From: a virus
Lineage: Duplodnaviria > Caudoviricetes
IMG/VR virus record: IMGVR_UViG_3300030104_000577
Span: 1 to 59,441 of that record
Strand: one strand, 5' to 3'
DNA: 59,441 nt
Shown: piece after piece, positions 35,192 through 45,817 of the stretch
How the letters are laid out: every line of letters begins with the position of its first letter
Numbering within the stretch: the first letter of the stretch is position 1
Notes under the pieces: model-generated
The model's database searches: none
What the model was told of the DNA's origin: nothing
The model's input: the letters and a program-made list of their open reading frames with translations, nothing else
Position numbers and translations under genes: made by a program

Positions 35192-36688
35192 TTAAACAAA
35201 CAAAAACTCCTTCCTAGTTCTTCCTTGCACTATATGCAGATTACTCTTAGTTCTAGTAACTCCGACATAAAACGCACGGCACTCATTATCTGGATTATTG
35301 TATAGCTCTTCCCAAGTTTTCGTAGCTAAATCTGTAAGTAGAACAACATTATCTGCCTCGCCACCTTTTGCTGCGTGGATAGTGTTCAGTTTTATTTTAG
35401 AGGATACTAGATTTTCACCTCTGCGTAAACAAGATATTAAATATTCTCTCTGTGTATTACCTATAAGATCAAATGATTCATGCCATATACCGTCTACTAA
35501 TAAACCGTAGTTTGCTTTTAAGTTTTCTATGTTTAACTGAGCGTCCGCATTTACCGTTTTAAGCGTCTTAAAACCTTTTTTAATACCTGTACCAGCCTTC
35601 ATATATTTAAGGATTCTACGTATCCTTTCCGCACTGATCTTATTACCTTTTCTCAAGTGTTCCCAATCTTTTATAGCAGTCACCAAACTTTCAGATACAG
35701 ATGGTTTGTTATTTTTCTGGAAAACTCTACCACTTAGTTTAAGATAGTTTTCTACATTATTCAGTAGATAATTATTTCTTGCTAAAAACAACCACTCACC
35801 GTCTGATAAATCAACATGCTCAAAACTGGTGTGGTACGAAACACTGCCCTCTTCTACTTTAGGCTCCCAGACTTTTTCTTTTCTGTTACTTATCCTACTC
35901 ACAACTTTCAACGCTATATCGTGCACTTTTCTAGGTATGCGATAAGACTGTTTTAGATATGTGTGATTACCTTTTAGATTTATGAAGTGTTCAACATCTG
36001 CACCTGCCCATCTATAAATAGCTTGATCGTCGTCACCAGCGATGTATACATGGTCCACACCTTCGGCTAACTTTTCTACGCATCTCCACTGTAGTGTGGA
36101 TAAATCTTGTGCTTCATCTATTATCAGTACGTCTAATTCTGGTTTACCTTTTGAGGATAAAAACATTTCTAACATATCAGTATAATCTATGAGAAAATAC
36201 GCTTCCTTATATTTTGCATAACTCTTTACAAACCACTCAAAATGCATCCAAGATATATTAGAACCTGAATTATTCCATATTTCTCTTTGCCCCATACATT
36301 GATTACGAGCCATATTCTCTAGGAAAAGCATTCTATCACCTTTGCTAGACAGAGCCATCATATTTTCTCCATCCCAAGCTGAGTTTATACGCTCTCCTAT
36401 ACTCTTACTAAAGTTACGAAGATTACTTCGTGACATTACATCGCTTCTAGTCATTCCTAACCAACCATAGCAAAGTGAATGTAGTGTTCTAAAATATGTT
36501 AACTCATCTGGATCAAATCCAAACTTCACGACAGCTCTAGACAATGCTTCATTTGCTGCTTTCTTAGTAAACGCTATATAACCTAACTTATCTGGTCTCA
36601 CACCAGAGTCCAGATACTCTTCTACTTTATTTAATAGGTAGGTAGTTTTACCAGTTCCAGGTGGACCAAGGACAATGTTCCAAGTCAC
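35192..36688 (-). CDS. UvrD/Rep-like SF1 helicase
   Basis: GPPGTGKT, IIDEAQD, GDDDQAIY, TIHAAKGGEAD, YVGVTR. Confidence 0.9.
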   Translation of the reverse strand: MTWNIVLGPPGTGKTTYLLNKVEEYLDSGVRPDKLGYIAFTKKAANEALSRAVVKFGFDPDELTYFRTLHSLCYGWLGMTRSDVMSRSNLRNFSKSIGERINSAWDGENMMALSSKGDRMLFLENMARNQCMGQREIWNNSGSNISWMHFEWFVKSYAKYKEAYFLIDYTDMLEMFLSSKGKPELDVLIIDEAQDLSTLQWRCVEKLAEGVDHVYIAGDDDQAIYRWAGADVEHFINLKGNHTYLKQSYRIPRKVHDIALKVVSRISNRKEKVWEPKVEEGSVSYHTSFEHVDLSDGEWLFLARNNYLLNNVENYLKLSGRVFQKNNKPSVSESLVTAIKDWEHLRKGNKISAERIRRILKYMKAGTGIKKGFKTLKTVNADAQLNIENLKANYGLLVDGIWHESFDLIGNTQREYLISCLRRGENLVSSKIKLNTIHAAKGGEADNVVLLTDLATKTWEELYNNPDNECRAFYVGVTRTKSNLHIVQGRTRKEFLFV

Positions 36689-38196
36689 AAACTACTCTCT
36701 GTGAAGTTCTTAGTTTCTAAAGAGGTATTCTCTTCATCATACTTAAACTCTTTAATGTACCAGACATTAGTGCCTCTACCTTTTATATTCCAAAACTTAT
36801 GCTCTGCTTTTAAATCTCTTAACTTAGAAGCAATACGGTTAGTTTCCATATCTGTAAATCTATGCTTCACTAAATAATCTTTTAAGTCTTTGATTCTAAA
36901 GTATGTTTTACCGTCTTCTGTGTACGGTTTGCCTAGTAGTATCTCATCTCTTGTGTTAGCTTGAGCCATGTCTGTGCAGAAAGATTCAAGTAACTCCATA
37001 AACTGACCTTCTATGGTGACGTCATCACTGACCTCTATAATTTCCATACCGCTGTCCATCAAAGTTTGTATCAGGGTTTGCCACGCTCTTTCTTGCATTT
37101 TAGGTGGCATCATATTAAGTATTTCCATACAAGCTCTTTGAAACTTGATTTGATTCTGTAATTGCTCAGTGGTTAGTTCTAACCTTTTATCATCTATTGA
37201 TAAAAACCATAACGGTGGTTTAGTGTCTAGTTTAGATAAACTAGAGAATGTAGGAGTAGCATTACTACCGCCTATACCGAACTTACAACCACGACACCTA
37301 GCCACATTACAATAAGACCTAATAGGTTCGTCACTGCATTTATAGTTATACTCTTTCTTTTTGAGTGTACCTATGAGGGTTATAACTTCTTGCGCAGGTA
37401 GTGGTGGTTGAACATACTTACGGTTGTATTCTTCTATTTCAGTTTGCCATGTTTCGGGTGTAGACTTTTTAAGGTAAACCCCAACATTAAATAAACCATT
37501 GTTCCTGGTTCCTTGTGGAAAACCTTGCTTGAGTAATACTTGTAAACAAGGTGGACCATCTTTTATGTCATCAAGTGTAGGAACTTCTAAATCTATTAAT
37601 TTTTCATAGTCTAGAGATCTTTTTTCTACAAACTCTATAAATTCAGATACAGTTAATGCATCTCCTTTAGAGTCATAAGCGTATCTTAAAGATTCATCGC
37701 CTTCAAAATACGGCATGTTTAGCCATGAGCCTATATCTCCTCTATCAACCAATACTTCTCGTTGTTTAGGAAATATCTCAACACCACCGTAACCTAAACC
37801 AGCAGATATCTCTCTTAATTTATCCTGCATATCTCCAGCAGGTGCTTTATCTTTTAGGAAACAGTATACATGAGCACCACCGCTCTTGCTTCTACATACA
37901 ACTAACGGTAGTTTAAATTCTTCTATTTTTAATACTAACTTCTTTATGTCTAGTGAGTATGTATCTATATCTATTGCGCCCCACTTTACATGATTCTCTT
38001 CATCAATAGGTACTACACCCAGTCCACGAACACCATCTATGTGGTCTTTCCAGTGCTTAACACTAGAACCCATAGTCTTTATAGTTTTAGCAGTACCTTG
38101 TTTTTTCTGACCGACTGATGTGTTGTTTACTATAAAACTACCATGAGCACGGGAGGATCCGTAGAATATATCATGTAGTTTTTGTGCTGTGTCCAA
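36685..38196 (-). CDS. Primase (AEP-type with PriCT-like domain)
   Basis: WGAIDID, RSKSGGAH, EIFPKQ, LNMPY, PPCL...GTRNN. Confidence 0.75.
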   Translation of the reverse strand: MDTAQKLHDIFYGSSRAHGSFIVNNTSVGQKKQGTAKTIKTMGSSVKHWKDHIDGVRGLGVVPIDEENHVKWGAIDIDTYSLDIKKLVLKIEEFKLPLVVCRSKSGGAHVYCFLKDKAPAGDMQDKLREISAGLGYGGVEIFPKQREVLVDRGDIGSWLNMPYFEGDESLRYAYDSKGDALTVSEFIEFVEKRSLDYEKLIDLEVPTLDDIKDGPPCLQVLLKQGFPQGTRNNGLFNVGVYLKKSTPETWQTEIEEYNRKYVQPPLPAQEVITLIGTLKKKEYNYKCSDEPIRSYCNVARCRGCKFGIGGSNATPTFSSLSKLDTKPPLWFLSIDDKRLELTTEQLQNQIKFQRACMEILNMMPPKMQERAWQTLIQTLMDSGMEIIEVSDDVTIEGQFMELLESFCTDMAQANTRDEILLGKPYTEDGKTYFRIKDLKDYLVKHRFTDMETNRIASKLRDLKAEHKFWNIKGRGTNVWYIKEFKYDEENTSLETKNFTESSL

Positions 38197-38219
38197 CTAA
38201 ACGCTCCCTTTGCGTAATT

Positions 38220-38274
38220 TATCGAGACCCTCTACTCTCCTTTACCTAGAAAAGAAAGTAAAGGATCGTCGATA
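38220..38274 (-). promoter_or_regulatory. Long intergenic hairpin between SSB and primase genes (attenuator/processing site)
   Basis: UAUCGA..GAUCCUUUACUUUCUUU / AAAGGAGAGUAGAGGGUC.UCGAUA with several G-U pairs on minus strand. Confidence 0.55.
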
Positions 38275-38281
38275 GTTTAAG

Positions 38282-39070
38282 TTAAAATGGTGCTTCGTCA
38301 GGTGATGCTGTCGAGGCTGGCGGTGCATCTACATTTACAGTTTCAGCAAAACCTTTTGCTATCTCATATAAATGTAACTCACTTTCTTCAATGATGCCTA
38401 TTAAGTCAATGTTCCAACCAAACCAAGTACCACGGTCGTTGGACTCTTGTACCGTAGTTAGTTTATACTTATGACTGTATGAAGGCGGTGTATATACATT
38501 ACCCTCACTACCTTTTAGTTTGATACTAGACATAACAGAGTTCCATGTACGAGACTTCTTCAACTGTGTGTTAGCCATTGGTATCATGACTTGTTGAAAC
38601 GAGTCACCTTCAATAGTTAAAACATAGTGCGTAGCTGAGGTCTGTATGTAATTACCGTTAGGCAATACATCTGCATACCTCTCATCTTTTTTAGTTTCAG
38701 CTAGTATACTTGCGTCTGTGTGTTGATTCACTAAACCACCGCCACTCTCGCGAGGTTGCCACTCTAAATACATACGCTTATATGCGACAGGTAATACAAT
38801 CAAAGGGTTATCCTCTGTGTACAGTTGTTTTGTAACTGTGTTTACTACGTCACCTGCTGCTGCGCCTTCGATATAGCCACCATCGCGTTTATTTACCTCT
38901 GGGCTAAGAGCCTGTAAGATTTTTAAACGAGGTATCGTGAGGTCGTCTTGACTAACATTCTCAAGACCTTTACCTGAATCTACCTCAAACGAAGCTCCTA
39001 AACTAGCGAGAGCTGTTGAAGTTTTCTTAGCTACTTGTTTATCTTCACTTTTTACTTTTTCTTCACTCAT
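38282..39070 (-). CDS. Single-stranded DNA-binding protein (putative)
   Basis: D..IPRLKILQALSPEV, QLKKSRTWN, acidic DEAPF tail; replication context. Confidence 0.65.
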   Translation of the reverse strand: MSEEKVKSEDKQVAKKTSTALASLGASFEVDSGKGLENVSQDDLTIPRLKILQALSPEVNKRDGGYIEGAAAGDVVNTVTKQLYTEDNPLIVLPVAYKRMYLEWQPRESGGGLVNQHTDASILAETKKDERYADVLPNGNYIQTSATHYVLTIEGDSFQQVMIPMANTQLKKSRTWNSVMSSIKLKGSEGNVYTPPSYSHKYKLTTVQESNDRGTWFGWNIDLIGIIEESELHLYEIAKGFAETVNVDAPPASTASPDEAPF

Positions 39071-39627
39071 TATTTATTTACCTTAGTTTTTTGACCTATA
39101 TAGACATTAAAGGTATCCAAGGGTAGGTCGTTCCCTTGTTCTACCTGCTCTCTGACAAGAGCTTTCAAAGTCATAGGCTCTACCCACTTCTTTTGAGTAA
39201 GTGTGTGCCCATCTTTTTCTAGCTGTGCCATGAGTTCTTGAGCTACTTCGTCTTCACCTCTGCCGAAGTTAGCTGAAACTGTATTCTTGATAACGTCACC
39301 TAATCCGTTACTTTCAAGCCAGTTGAAACATAATTCTTTATTTTCAGGAGTTATCCTAGCTGAGTAATATGGTTGAATAGACAATTTAGTTCCGTCAAGT
39401 AACTTAAACTCACTTATACCGACCTCTCTTAATTTATCTGGTATAGTCTCTTCACTTAGTTTTTTATAATCTGCTTTTAAGTGTTTAAGTTTTTGTTCCT
39501 CGATCTCTATCTTTTGTTCTAAATCTGTTAACTGTGATCCTAACGAACCGATGTCTGCTAGATCTTTGATCTTTATTTTGGTGTCGCTCTTTGCGTCTTC
39601 CTCGAACATTTGTTCAGGTGGTTTCAT
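39070..39627 (-). CDS. Conserved replication-module protein
   Basis: Start MKPPE after GAGGT; WL..NGLGDVIKN, VEPMTLKA motifs. Confidence 0.7.
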   Translation of the reverse strand: MKPPEQMFEEDAKSDTKIKIKDLADIGSLGSQLTDLEQKIEIEEQKLKHLKADYKKLSEETIPDKLREVGISEFKLLDGTKLSIQPYYSARITPENKELCFNWLESNGLGDVIKNTVSANFGRGEDEVAQELMAQLEKDGHTLTQKKWVEPMTLKALVREQVEQGNDLPLDTFNVYIGQKTKVNK

Positions 39628-39644
39628 AATACATACCTCTTTAT

Positions 39645-39797
39645 AATTAGTGGCGATGTGTCTTAGTCGAGTAGGGTATCTACGCACCTAAAGGTGAAGT
39701 GCTATGTAGTTATCTCGACCTGTTTTTATGGTAAGCAAAATAGTAAGACTTGAGGCAGCATCGCCGACTACCTGTCGCTACTACTAAATAGCCCTAT
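39645..39797 (-). ncRNA. Structured 5' leader / antisense RNA of replication operon
   Basis: Nested helices GGCGAUG/CAUCGCC, GUCUUA/UAAGAC, GUCGAG/CUCGAC, CUAC/GUAG, GCAC/GUGC. Confidence 0.65.
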
Positions 39798-39801
39798 TAG
39801 T

Positions 39802-39830
39802 ATTATATAGAATTAAAATTAATAAAAGCA
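39802..39830 (-). promoter_or_regulatory. Putative promoter of replication operon
   Basis: TGCTTT-N17-TATAAT, predicted start about 39795. Confidence 0.5.
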
Positions 39831-39838
39831 CTTTAATA

Positions 39839-39941
39839 AAATATTTAAGATTTGCTAATAAGCTAATAATGTAAACTCTGAATCTCTCTGTATTTAAGCT
39901 ACTCAGATAGCTATTGACAAACCTATTAACCCCATATTACC
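39839..39941 (-). repeat. 103-bp element, copy 2 (origin-like)
   Basis: Collinear ungapped with 19268-19370 in inverted orientation. Confidence 0.65.
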
Positions 39942-40028
39942 TATATATAAGTAATACTAAAACATGATGCTAGTTATTTACTTAATATATACTTTATACT
40001 TTAAACTAACTTATATAAAGGAACTAAG

Positions 40029-41471
40029 TTGGAACAATTTTATTTTAAAACTAAACCTTACGATCACCAACTAGACGCATTAAACATATCTTACGATAAA
40101 GAAAAGTTTGCGTTATTTATGGAGATGGGTTGTGGTAAATCAAAAGTCGTTATAGACAACTTTGTATATCTACACAAGCACAATAAAATAAATGGTGTTT
40201 TAATATTAGCTAATAAAGGTGTGTATGATACATGGTACAGTAAAGAAATACCAGCACACACACCAGATGATATAGAAATTACTTTAGTTAAGTGGTCAAA
40301 CTCAAACTCTCAGAAAAATAAAAAGTTGTTACAGTCTCTATATGAAGATCCTAATAAACTTAATATATTAGTTATGAACACTGAGGCATTGAGCACGAAG
40401 AAAGGTACACAGTTCGCTACTAATTTTCTATTTAAGTGTAAAACTATGTTTATTATAGACGAAAGTACAACGATTAAAAATCATAAAGCTAAGAGGACTG
40501 TGAACGCTGTACGCATAGGTAAGTACGCACATTATAAAAGAATATTAACAGGTAGTCCTGTAACTAAAAGTCCACTAGATTTATATAGTCAGTGTTACTT
40601 TTTAGACCCAGCATTACTAGGTTTCAATAGTTACTATGCATTTAGAACTAGGTATGCCAATCTAGTAGAGAGTTCTGCTGGCGGTAGAACTTTTAAGTTG
40701 GTTACAGGATATAAAAACTTAGAAGAACTAAACCAACTTATCGGTAAGTTTAGTTACAGAGTTCTTAAAAAAGATTGTTTAGATTTACCAGACAAAGTTT
40801 ATTTGAAACGTGTCATACAGATGACAGATGAACAGAAACGAGTCTATAAAGATTTACAAAAGAAAGCAGAGTCTTTATTAGCAGGCAGTAAAGTTACTAT
40901 AACACATTTGATTACTCAAGTTATAAGACTACATCAAATATCCTGTGGTTTTATAAAATTAGATAACGGTGCTCTCACAGAATTACCTTCATACAGGATG
41001 GCTGAACTATTAAGCGTATTAGAAGAAGCAGACGGTAAGGTAATTATCTGGGCGAACTACAGACACGACATACAAAAGATAGAGAAAGAACTTACAAAGC
41101 TCTACGGTGCAGAGTCCGTGGGCACTTATTATGGTGACGTTAGTCAAGAAGATAGAGAAGATGTTATTAATAATTTTCAAGATAAAGAACATCCTCTTAG
41201 GTTTTTTGTAGGTAATACACAAACAGGTGGCTACGGTATCACACTGACTGCTGCAAGTACAGTGGTATACTACTCTAATAATTATGACCTAGAAAAAAGG
41301 TTACAGTCAGAGGACAGAGCGCACCGTATAGGTCAAACGAATAAAGTTACTTATATAGATATAGTTTGTGAACGCACAGTAGATGAGAAGATAGTAAAAG
41401 CACTACGTCAAAAACAGAATATAGCGCAGACAGTACTGGGCGAAGAACAGTGGAAAGATTGGTTACTATAA
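40029..41471 (+). CDS. SNF2-like SF2 helicase
   Basis: EMGCGKS, IIDEST, LTGSP, GYGITLT, QSEDRAHRIGQ. Confidence 0.9.
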   Translation: MEQFYFKTKPYDHQLDALNISYDKEKFALFMEMGCGKSKVVIDNFVYLHKHNKINGVLILANKGVYDTWYSKEIPAHTPDDIEITLVKWSNSNSQKNKKLLQSLYEDPNKLNILVMNTEALSTKKGTQFATNFLFKCKTMFIIDESTTIKNHKAKRTVNAVRIGKYAHYKRILTGSPVTKSPLDLYSQCYFLDPALLGFNSYYAFRTRYANLVESSAGGRTFKLVTGYKNLEELNQLIGKFSYRVLKKDCLDLPDKVYLKRVIQMTDEQKRVYKDLQKKAESLLAGSKVTITHLITQVIRLHQISCGFIKLDNGALTELPSYRMAELLSVLEEADGKVIIWANYRHDIQKIEKELTKLYGAESVGTYYGDVSQEDREDVINNFQDKEHPLRFFVGNTQTGGYGITLTAASTVVYYSNNYDLEKRLQSEDRAHRIGQTNKVTYIDIVCERTVDEKIVKALRQKQNIAQTVLGEEQWKDWLL

Positions 41472-42923
41472 ACCGAAAGTAGCCAAACCACCATAGTTCA
41501 TCATCATACGACCACGACCTAATCTAGCTCTACGATTTCTTTCTACAGGGGACATTGTTGTTTCGTTCACTGCTGACAATGATGGCAATCCTGTTACTGG
41601 AGCTGGTACATTAAATCCAGACACTAACTCAAAATTAGTAGGCACTGGGTTTGGCTCAACCCTTGTACTCATCGGAGCATTCGCAGGTGCCATAACTCCA
41701 CCGAAACCTATTGAAGCCTGTAGTTCTGCTAATCTTCTGGCAGTTTCTTCACGAGTAAGAGGTCTATTACCTGCACGCATCGCATCAAACTCAGCATCTC
41801 TTCTTGCTTTGTCTATATCGTATTGACCAGACTCAGTGTACTCGTTACGACCAGACTCAAAACTAGAACCAGCAGCACCATATAAAGTTTGCATAGCACT
41901 TGCTAAATCATTGGCTCTACTCGCTTCCATCTGTGCATTAAATGCAGCATGAGAATCACCTAATGCTTTTAGATAATTTGGACTACCTTTTGGACCTTTT
42001 GAAGAAGCATACTTACCAGAGGTCACATTTGGACCTTGTTGCTTAAAGTCAGGTATTCCATCATTGTTTCTATCTCCGAACGATACTCCTGGACCAGTTG
42101 TTCCTGGAGTGAATCCCATAGTTCCTGATGAAGTTGATCTACCTTCCTCGTCTCTACCACTAATCCTTGATCTAGCAGGATTTCCCACATCTCTCTCCAT
42201 GAGAGCTTTTTCTACTTGATCTATGCCACTACGTTCTATGTAATCTTGAAGTGCTTTTTGATTTTCAGGTAAAGTCATGTCCATTCCTGCAACTGCTTCT
42301 ACACCTGCTTGGTCTAATACACCTGCTGCTCCTAATTGTTTAGCAAATGTACCAATCCCGCCTTCTTGATTCACTATGTTACTCGCCATGCTTCCCATAG
42401 TCCCACCCTCAGGAACAGAAAAAACATTTCCAGCTTTAGTTTGAAATACTCCAGCATACTCTTCAGGAGTGCCCTCGTACAAATTAGGTTCTCCACGTGG
42501 GCTATATGTGTCTAAAGTTCCTACTCCATAAGTACCTATTGGGTCAGCAGCATATGTTTCAAAACCACCTAACCCGCCACCGCTAAGACTACCGCCCATA
42601 TTAACTGCTGCACTTGCTGCTCCAGGAACACCGTACATTGTTTCTTTACCTGTCAAAGATTCTGTAAGTGGATCTGTAGTAGGGTCAACAGGCTGTGGTT
42701 CAGGGACTCTGTTTGCTAAAAAATTACCATAAGTGTCTCTCTGCATGGCATCTAGATTAACCTGATCTAGCATAAATCCAGGTGGATCAATTCTTCCTGG
42801 ATTGACTAAATCTTCTGTAGTGAAACGACTAGTGTTCCTAAAATTATCCATGAAGTTACCGCCTACAGACGGTAGTCCTTCTCTGGTTTCTATATTAGAA
42901 ACTATGTCTGATAATATCCCCAT
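41466..42923 (-). CDS. Internal virion/ejection protein (putative)
   Basis: Gly-rich low-complexity ORF at end of ejection-protein cluster. Confidence 0.5.
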   Translation of the reverse strand: MGILSDIVSNIETREGLPSVGGNFMDNFRNTSRFTTEDLVNPGRIDPPGFMLDQVNLDAMQRDTYGNFLANRVPEPQPVDPTTDPLTESLTGKETMYGVPGAASAAVNMGGSLSGGGLGGFETYAADPIGTYGVGTLDTYSPRGEPNLYEGTPEEYAGVFQTKAGNVFSVPEGGTMGSMASNIVNQEGGIGTFAKQLGAAGVLDQAGVEAVAGMDMTLPENQKALQDYIERSGIDQVEKALMERDVGNPARSRISGRDEEGRSTSSGTMGFTPGTTGPGVSFGDRNNDGIPDFKQQGPNVTSGKYASSKGPKGSPNYLKALGDSHAAFNAQMEASRANDLASAMQTLYGAAGSSFESGRNEYTESGQYDIDKARRDAEFDAMRAGNRPLTREETARRLAELQASIGFGGVMAPANAPMSTRVEPNPVPTNFELVSGFNVPAPVTGLPSLSAVNETTMSPVERNRRARLGRGRMMMNYGGLATFGL

Positions 42924-45817
42924 TAATTACTGTATCCATATCGTAAAGGTATGGTCAATTTTTTAGTAACATGACCACCACGGTTTAATTCTAGTTCTTC
43001 TTCGGTAGCTATCTGTGCTCCAGGTTCTAACATCATCTCTAATCTAGTATCTTGAGACTGTGGTTCGTCGTCTTCTGGGGTAAACACTTCTCTACCTACC
43101 GCTCTTGCTAAAACACTTCTGTCAGTTGTGTTTAATTTTCTAGCATTTTTAATAGTTTCGTATAGATTGTCAGGGTTTGTCAATAAATTCATAAACCTTT
43201 CTCTTTCAACATATGCTTTAGCCATTTTGACAGCAGTTAACATACGACCCTCTGTAGTAAATAGACCTACATAAGTTCGAGCACCTTGGTTAATTATATT
43301 GAACAATGTTGAATCTGCGGGAGAAAGTGAAGCAACATTGATATCGTCAAAACTTTTAAGTTCCTCACCTAAACCTTTTAAATGTCTAGGAAACTCTTCA
43401 CCAAACCACCCAGTTAACTGTGCTCCATAATCATCTGCATACTGTATTAGTTTTTTACCACTGATAGTAGATCTTCCTCCTACCAACCTTGAAGCATCTC
43501 CCACAGACTTTAACATATCATTCATGATATATCTTTTATATTGTTCTAGGAGTTCTGGTTTATTTTGTAATACTCTTCTAAGTGCATCAGTTACTGAGAC
43601 TCTATCTTTGCTCCAACTAGAACTAAATATTGCTTCTGGACTGTCTGTTTTTACAATATTTCTTAGAACGTCTGATTGTTCAATAGCTGTTCTAGCACTT
43701 TCTAAATTTCTTTGATTATTTTTAAAAGATCTAATAAACTGTGTGGGAGATATAAATTCTGCAAGTTCTGTTTCATCAAAAAATCTTTTTAATATTTTAC
43801 CGTTTTTTGACATCCACTCGTCGTACTCTTTACCACCTTTGGGTCTCAACAATCCATCAGGAGCAGTATCGTCTACAACTTTAGCAAAAAAATCTCCTCG
43901 AAGACCTTGTCTCATAGCTTCAAATGCTTCTACATTTTCTGGATCTAATATTTTATTCAAGTAACTTGTGTCTTTGTTATTACGAAGGACAGTGAGTAAC
44001 CTGTCGTATGCTTCTTTATCACCTAATTGATATAAGTCAGATCCTTGTTTTTGCATCTGTGTTATTTGTTTTATAACATTACTGTCAAACTCTGCGTCTG
44101 CTTGTTTGTATGCATCTTCCGCAATAGAGAAAGTTTTAAAAGCCTCTGGGTTTTTATTCCTTAGTGCATTGTTACGGATCTCATCCATACCGTCTCGTAT
44201 AGAAATTAAATCTGAAAAATCACCACCTTTTGAAGCAATATTATTTATACTGCTCTGTAACTGACGAATGTCTCCTTGAAACTGTTTAAAACTTTTATTA
44301 GTATTTATAGTATTTTTTAAACTTGTCGCTATATCTAATACTTGTTTATTTGGTAGCCCACTTTCGCTTTGGGTTTTTATAATTCTATCGAGAGTTTTAT
44401 TTAGAGAAGAATAATTGAAAGGTTTAGCATTGCCTTTAAATCCTGCTTGTTTATAAGCAGTTTCATAGTCTAAATCAACTTTATCGTACCTAGCATTTTT
44501 TAAAGTTACAACAGAATCACGAAGTTGTCTACCTGCTTCATCTGCAGGTAATCTATTGTTCGATAGATTAGTTAGAATCTCATTAGCTGTTGAGTCTAAA
44601 TCAGCTATTTTTTGATCTATCGGTATTGTTTGCCTAGCTACATCTTCGGCTACTGTTTCTTGTATTTCTCGACCAGTTTCTTGTCTTGTGTACAAGTTTG
44701 CAGCTTCTTCTGCTTGCTCTCTTGTGACTCCTTGTGTTTCTATTAAGTTGTCTACTATCCTACTAAACAGTTCTCCTTGGTCTGAATATTTTTCTCTTAA
44801 AACCCTACCAAAAGGAGTATCTCTATTAGCTTCGTTTCTTAAAAATTGTTCTAAATTTACTGCACCAGGAACATCATCACCCATTAAAACTTGAGGAGTA
44901 GTCAAAAATTTAGTATCTACAGTTCCTTCTTTTCTTAAGTTTTCGTAAGCCGACATAAATTCATCTTCATCAATAGGTATAGCACCTAACCCTCTACCCA
45001 TATACATTTTATACAACCTATATCCTAATCCTCCAGCACCGCCAAAAGCAGCAACTAGACCAGCTTGTTTCATAGCTTCTGAGTTTTTATCAAAACCTTG
45101 AGGTAGATAACCTTTATTGTCTAACTCTTCGAGTTTTTTCATTCTATACACATAAGATCCTAATGCTTCTGTCATTATCCCTACTGTAGCACTTCTAGTG
45201 ACACCTGCTGCAGCTAGTCCAGGAAGAATCTCAGCAGCAAACGGTTTCATAAATGCTGTAAAATCTCCCATGTTCATTCCAGGAGGGTTTACTGGTCTAG
45301 GTTTACCTGAGAATGGATCATTAAATATATACTCATTTGTATTCGGTTCTACTCGAACATCCCAGTTAAAACTAGGGTTGGTAAATCCTGCTTCACGATA
45401 GTTATCTTGTAGTATTTTTGTTATAGCGTCTGGACCAGCTTTAGGGTCGTTCCTAACAGACTCAGGCAGAAACTCAAAATCTTCAATAGCACTTCCAGGA
45501 GTAGCCTCGGCTTCAAAATCTACACCACTGTATTGCGCAAGAAACTGAGGACTCATACGAGATACAAAATCTTTTGTTATTAAAGGATCTCCTGCTAATA
45601 TTCCTTTCTCTGCTGCCTCACGAACATCAGTTGAAAGTTCTGAGGTAGGTTGGTAAATTCCAGGAAAATTTACAGGTTTATAACCGTATTGACTTAATGC
45701 ATCCATCTGAGGTTGTGTAAGACTGTCTTCATTAGTAGCCAGTCTATTGTCTAATACTTTGTCAACTCCTTGTGGATCGAGTAAAAAATCAATTGTATTT
45801 TGATTTATTTGACTCAT
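42923..45817 (-). CDS. Large internal virion/ejection protein (putative)
   Basis: 964 aa, helical, hydrophobic Gly/Ala segments; position after tail genes. Confidence 0.55.
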   Translation of the reverse strand: MSQINQNTIDFLLDPQGVDKVLDNRLATNEDSLTQPQMDALSQYGYKPVNFPGIYQPTSELSTDVREAAEKGILAGDPLITKDFVSRMSPQFLAQYSGVDFEAEATPGSAIEDFEFLPESVRNDPKAGPDAITKILQDNYREAGFTNPSFNWDVRVEPNTNEYIFNDPFSGKPRPVNPPGMNMGDFTAFMKPFAAEILPGLAAAGVTRSATVGIMTEALGSYVYRMKKLEELDNKGYLPQGFDKNSEAMKQAGLVAAFGGAGGLGYRLYKMYMGRGLGAIPIDEDEFMSAYENLRKEGTVDTKFLTTPQVLMGDDVPGAVNLEQFLRNEANRDTPFGRVLREKYSDQGELFSRIVDNLIETQGVTREQAEEAANLYTRQETGREIQETVAEDVARQTIPIDQKIADLDSTANEILTNLSNNRLPADEAGRQLRDSVVTLKNARYDKVDLDYETAYKQAGFKGNAKPFNYSSLNKTLDRIIKTQSESGLPNKQVLDIATSLKNTINTNKSFKQFQGDIRQLQSSINNIASKGGDFSDLISIRDGMDEIRNNALRNKNPEAFKTFSIAEDAYKQADAEFDSNVIKQITQMQKQGSDLYQLGDKEAYDRLLTVLRNNKDTSYLNKILDPENVEAFEAMRQGLRGDFFAKVVDDTAPDGLLRPKGGKEYDEWMSKNGKILKRFFDETELAEFISPTQFIRSFKNNQRNLESARTAIEQSDVLRNIVKTDSPEAIFSSSWSKDRVSVTDALRRVLQNKPELLEQYKRYIMNDMLKSVGDASRLVGGRSTISGKKLIQYADDYGAQLTGWFGEEFPRHLKGLGEELKSFDDINVASLSPADSTLFNIINQGARTYVGLFTTEGRMLTAVKMAKAYVERERFMNLLTNPDNLYETIKNARKLNTTDRSVLARAVGREVFTPEDDEPQSQDTRLEMMLEPGAQIATEEELELNRGGHVTKKLTIPLRYGYSN

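Noticed and set aside
39628-39687. N-terminal extension MRRYPTRL... of ORF 39070..39687
   Set aside because: It lies within the structured leader; the ATG at 39627 has a proper GAGGT RBS.
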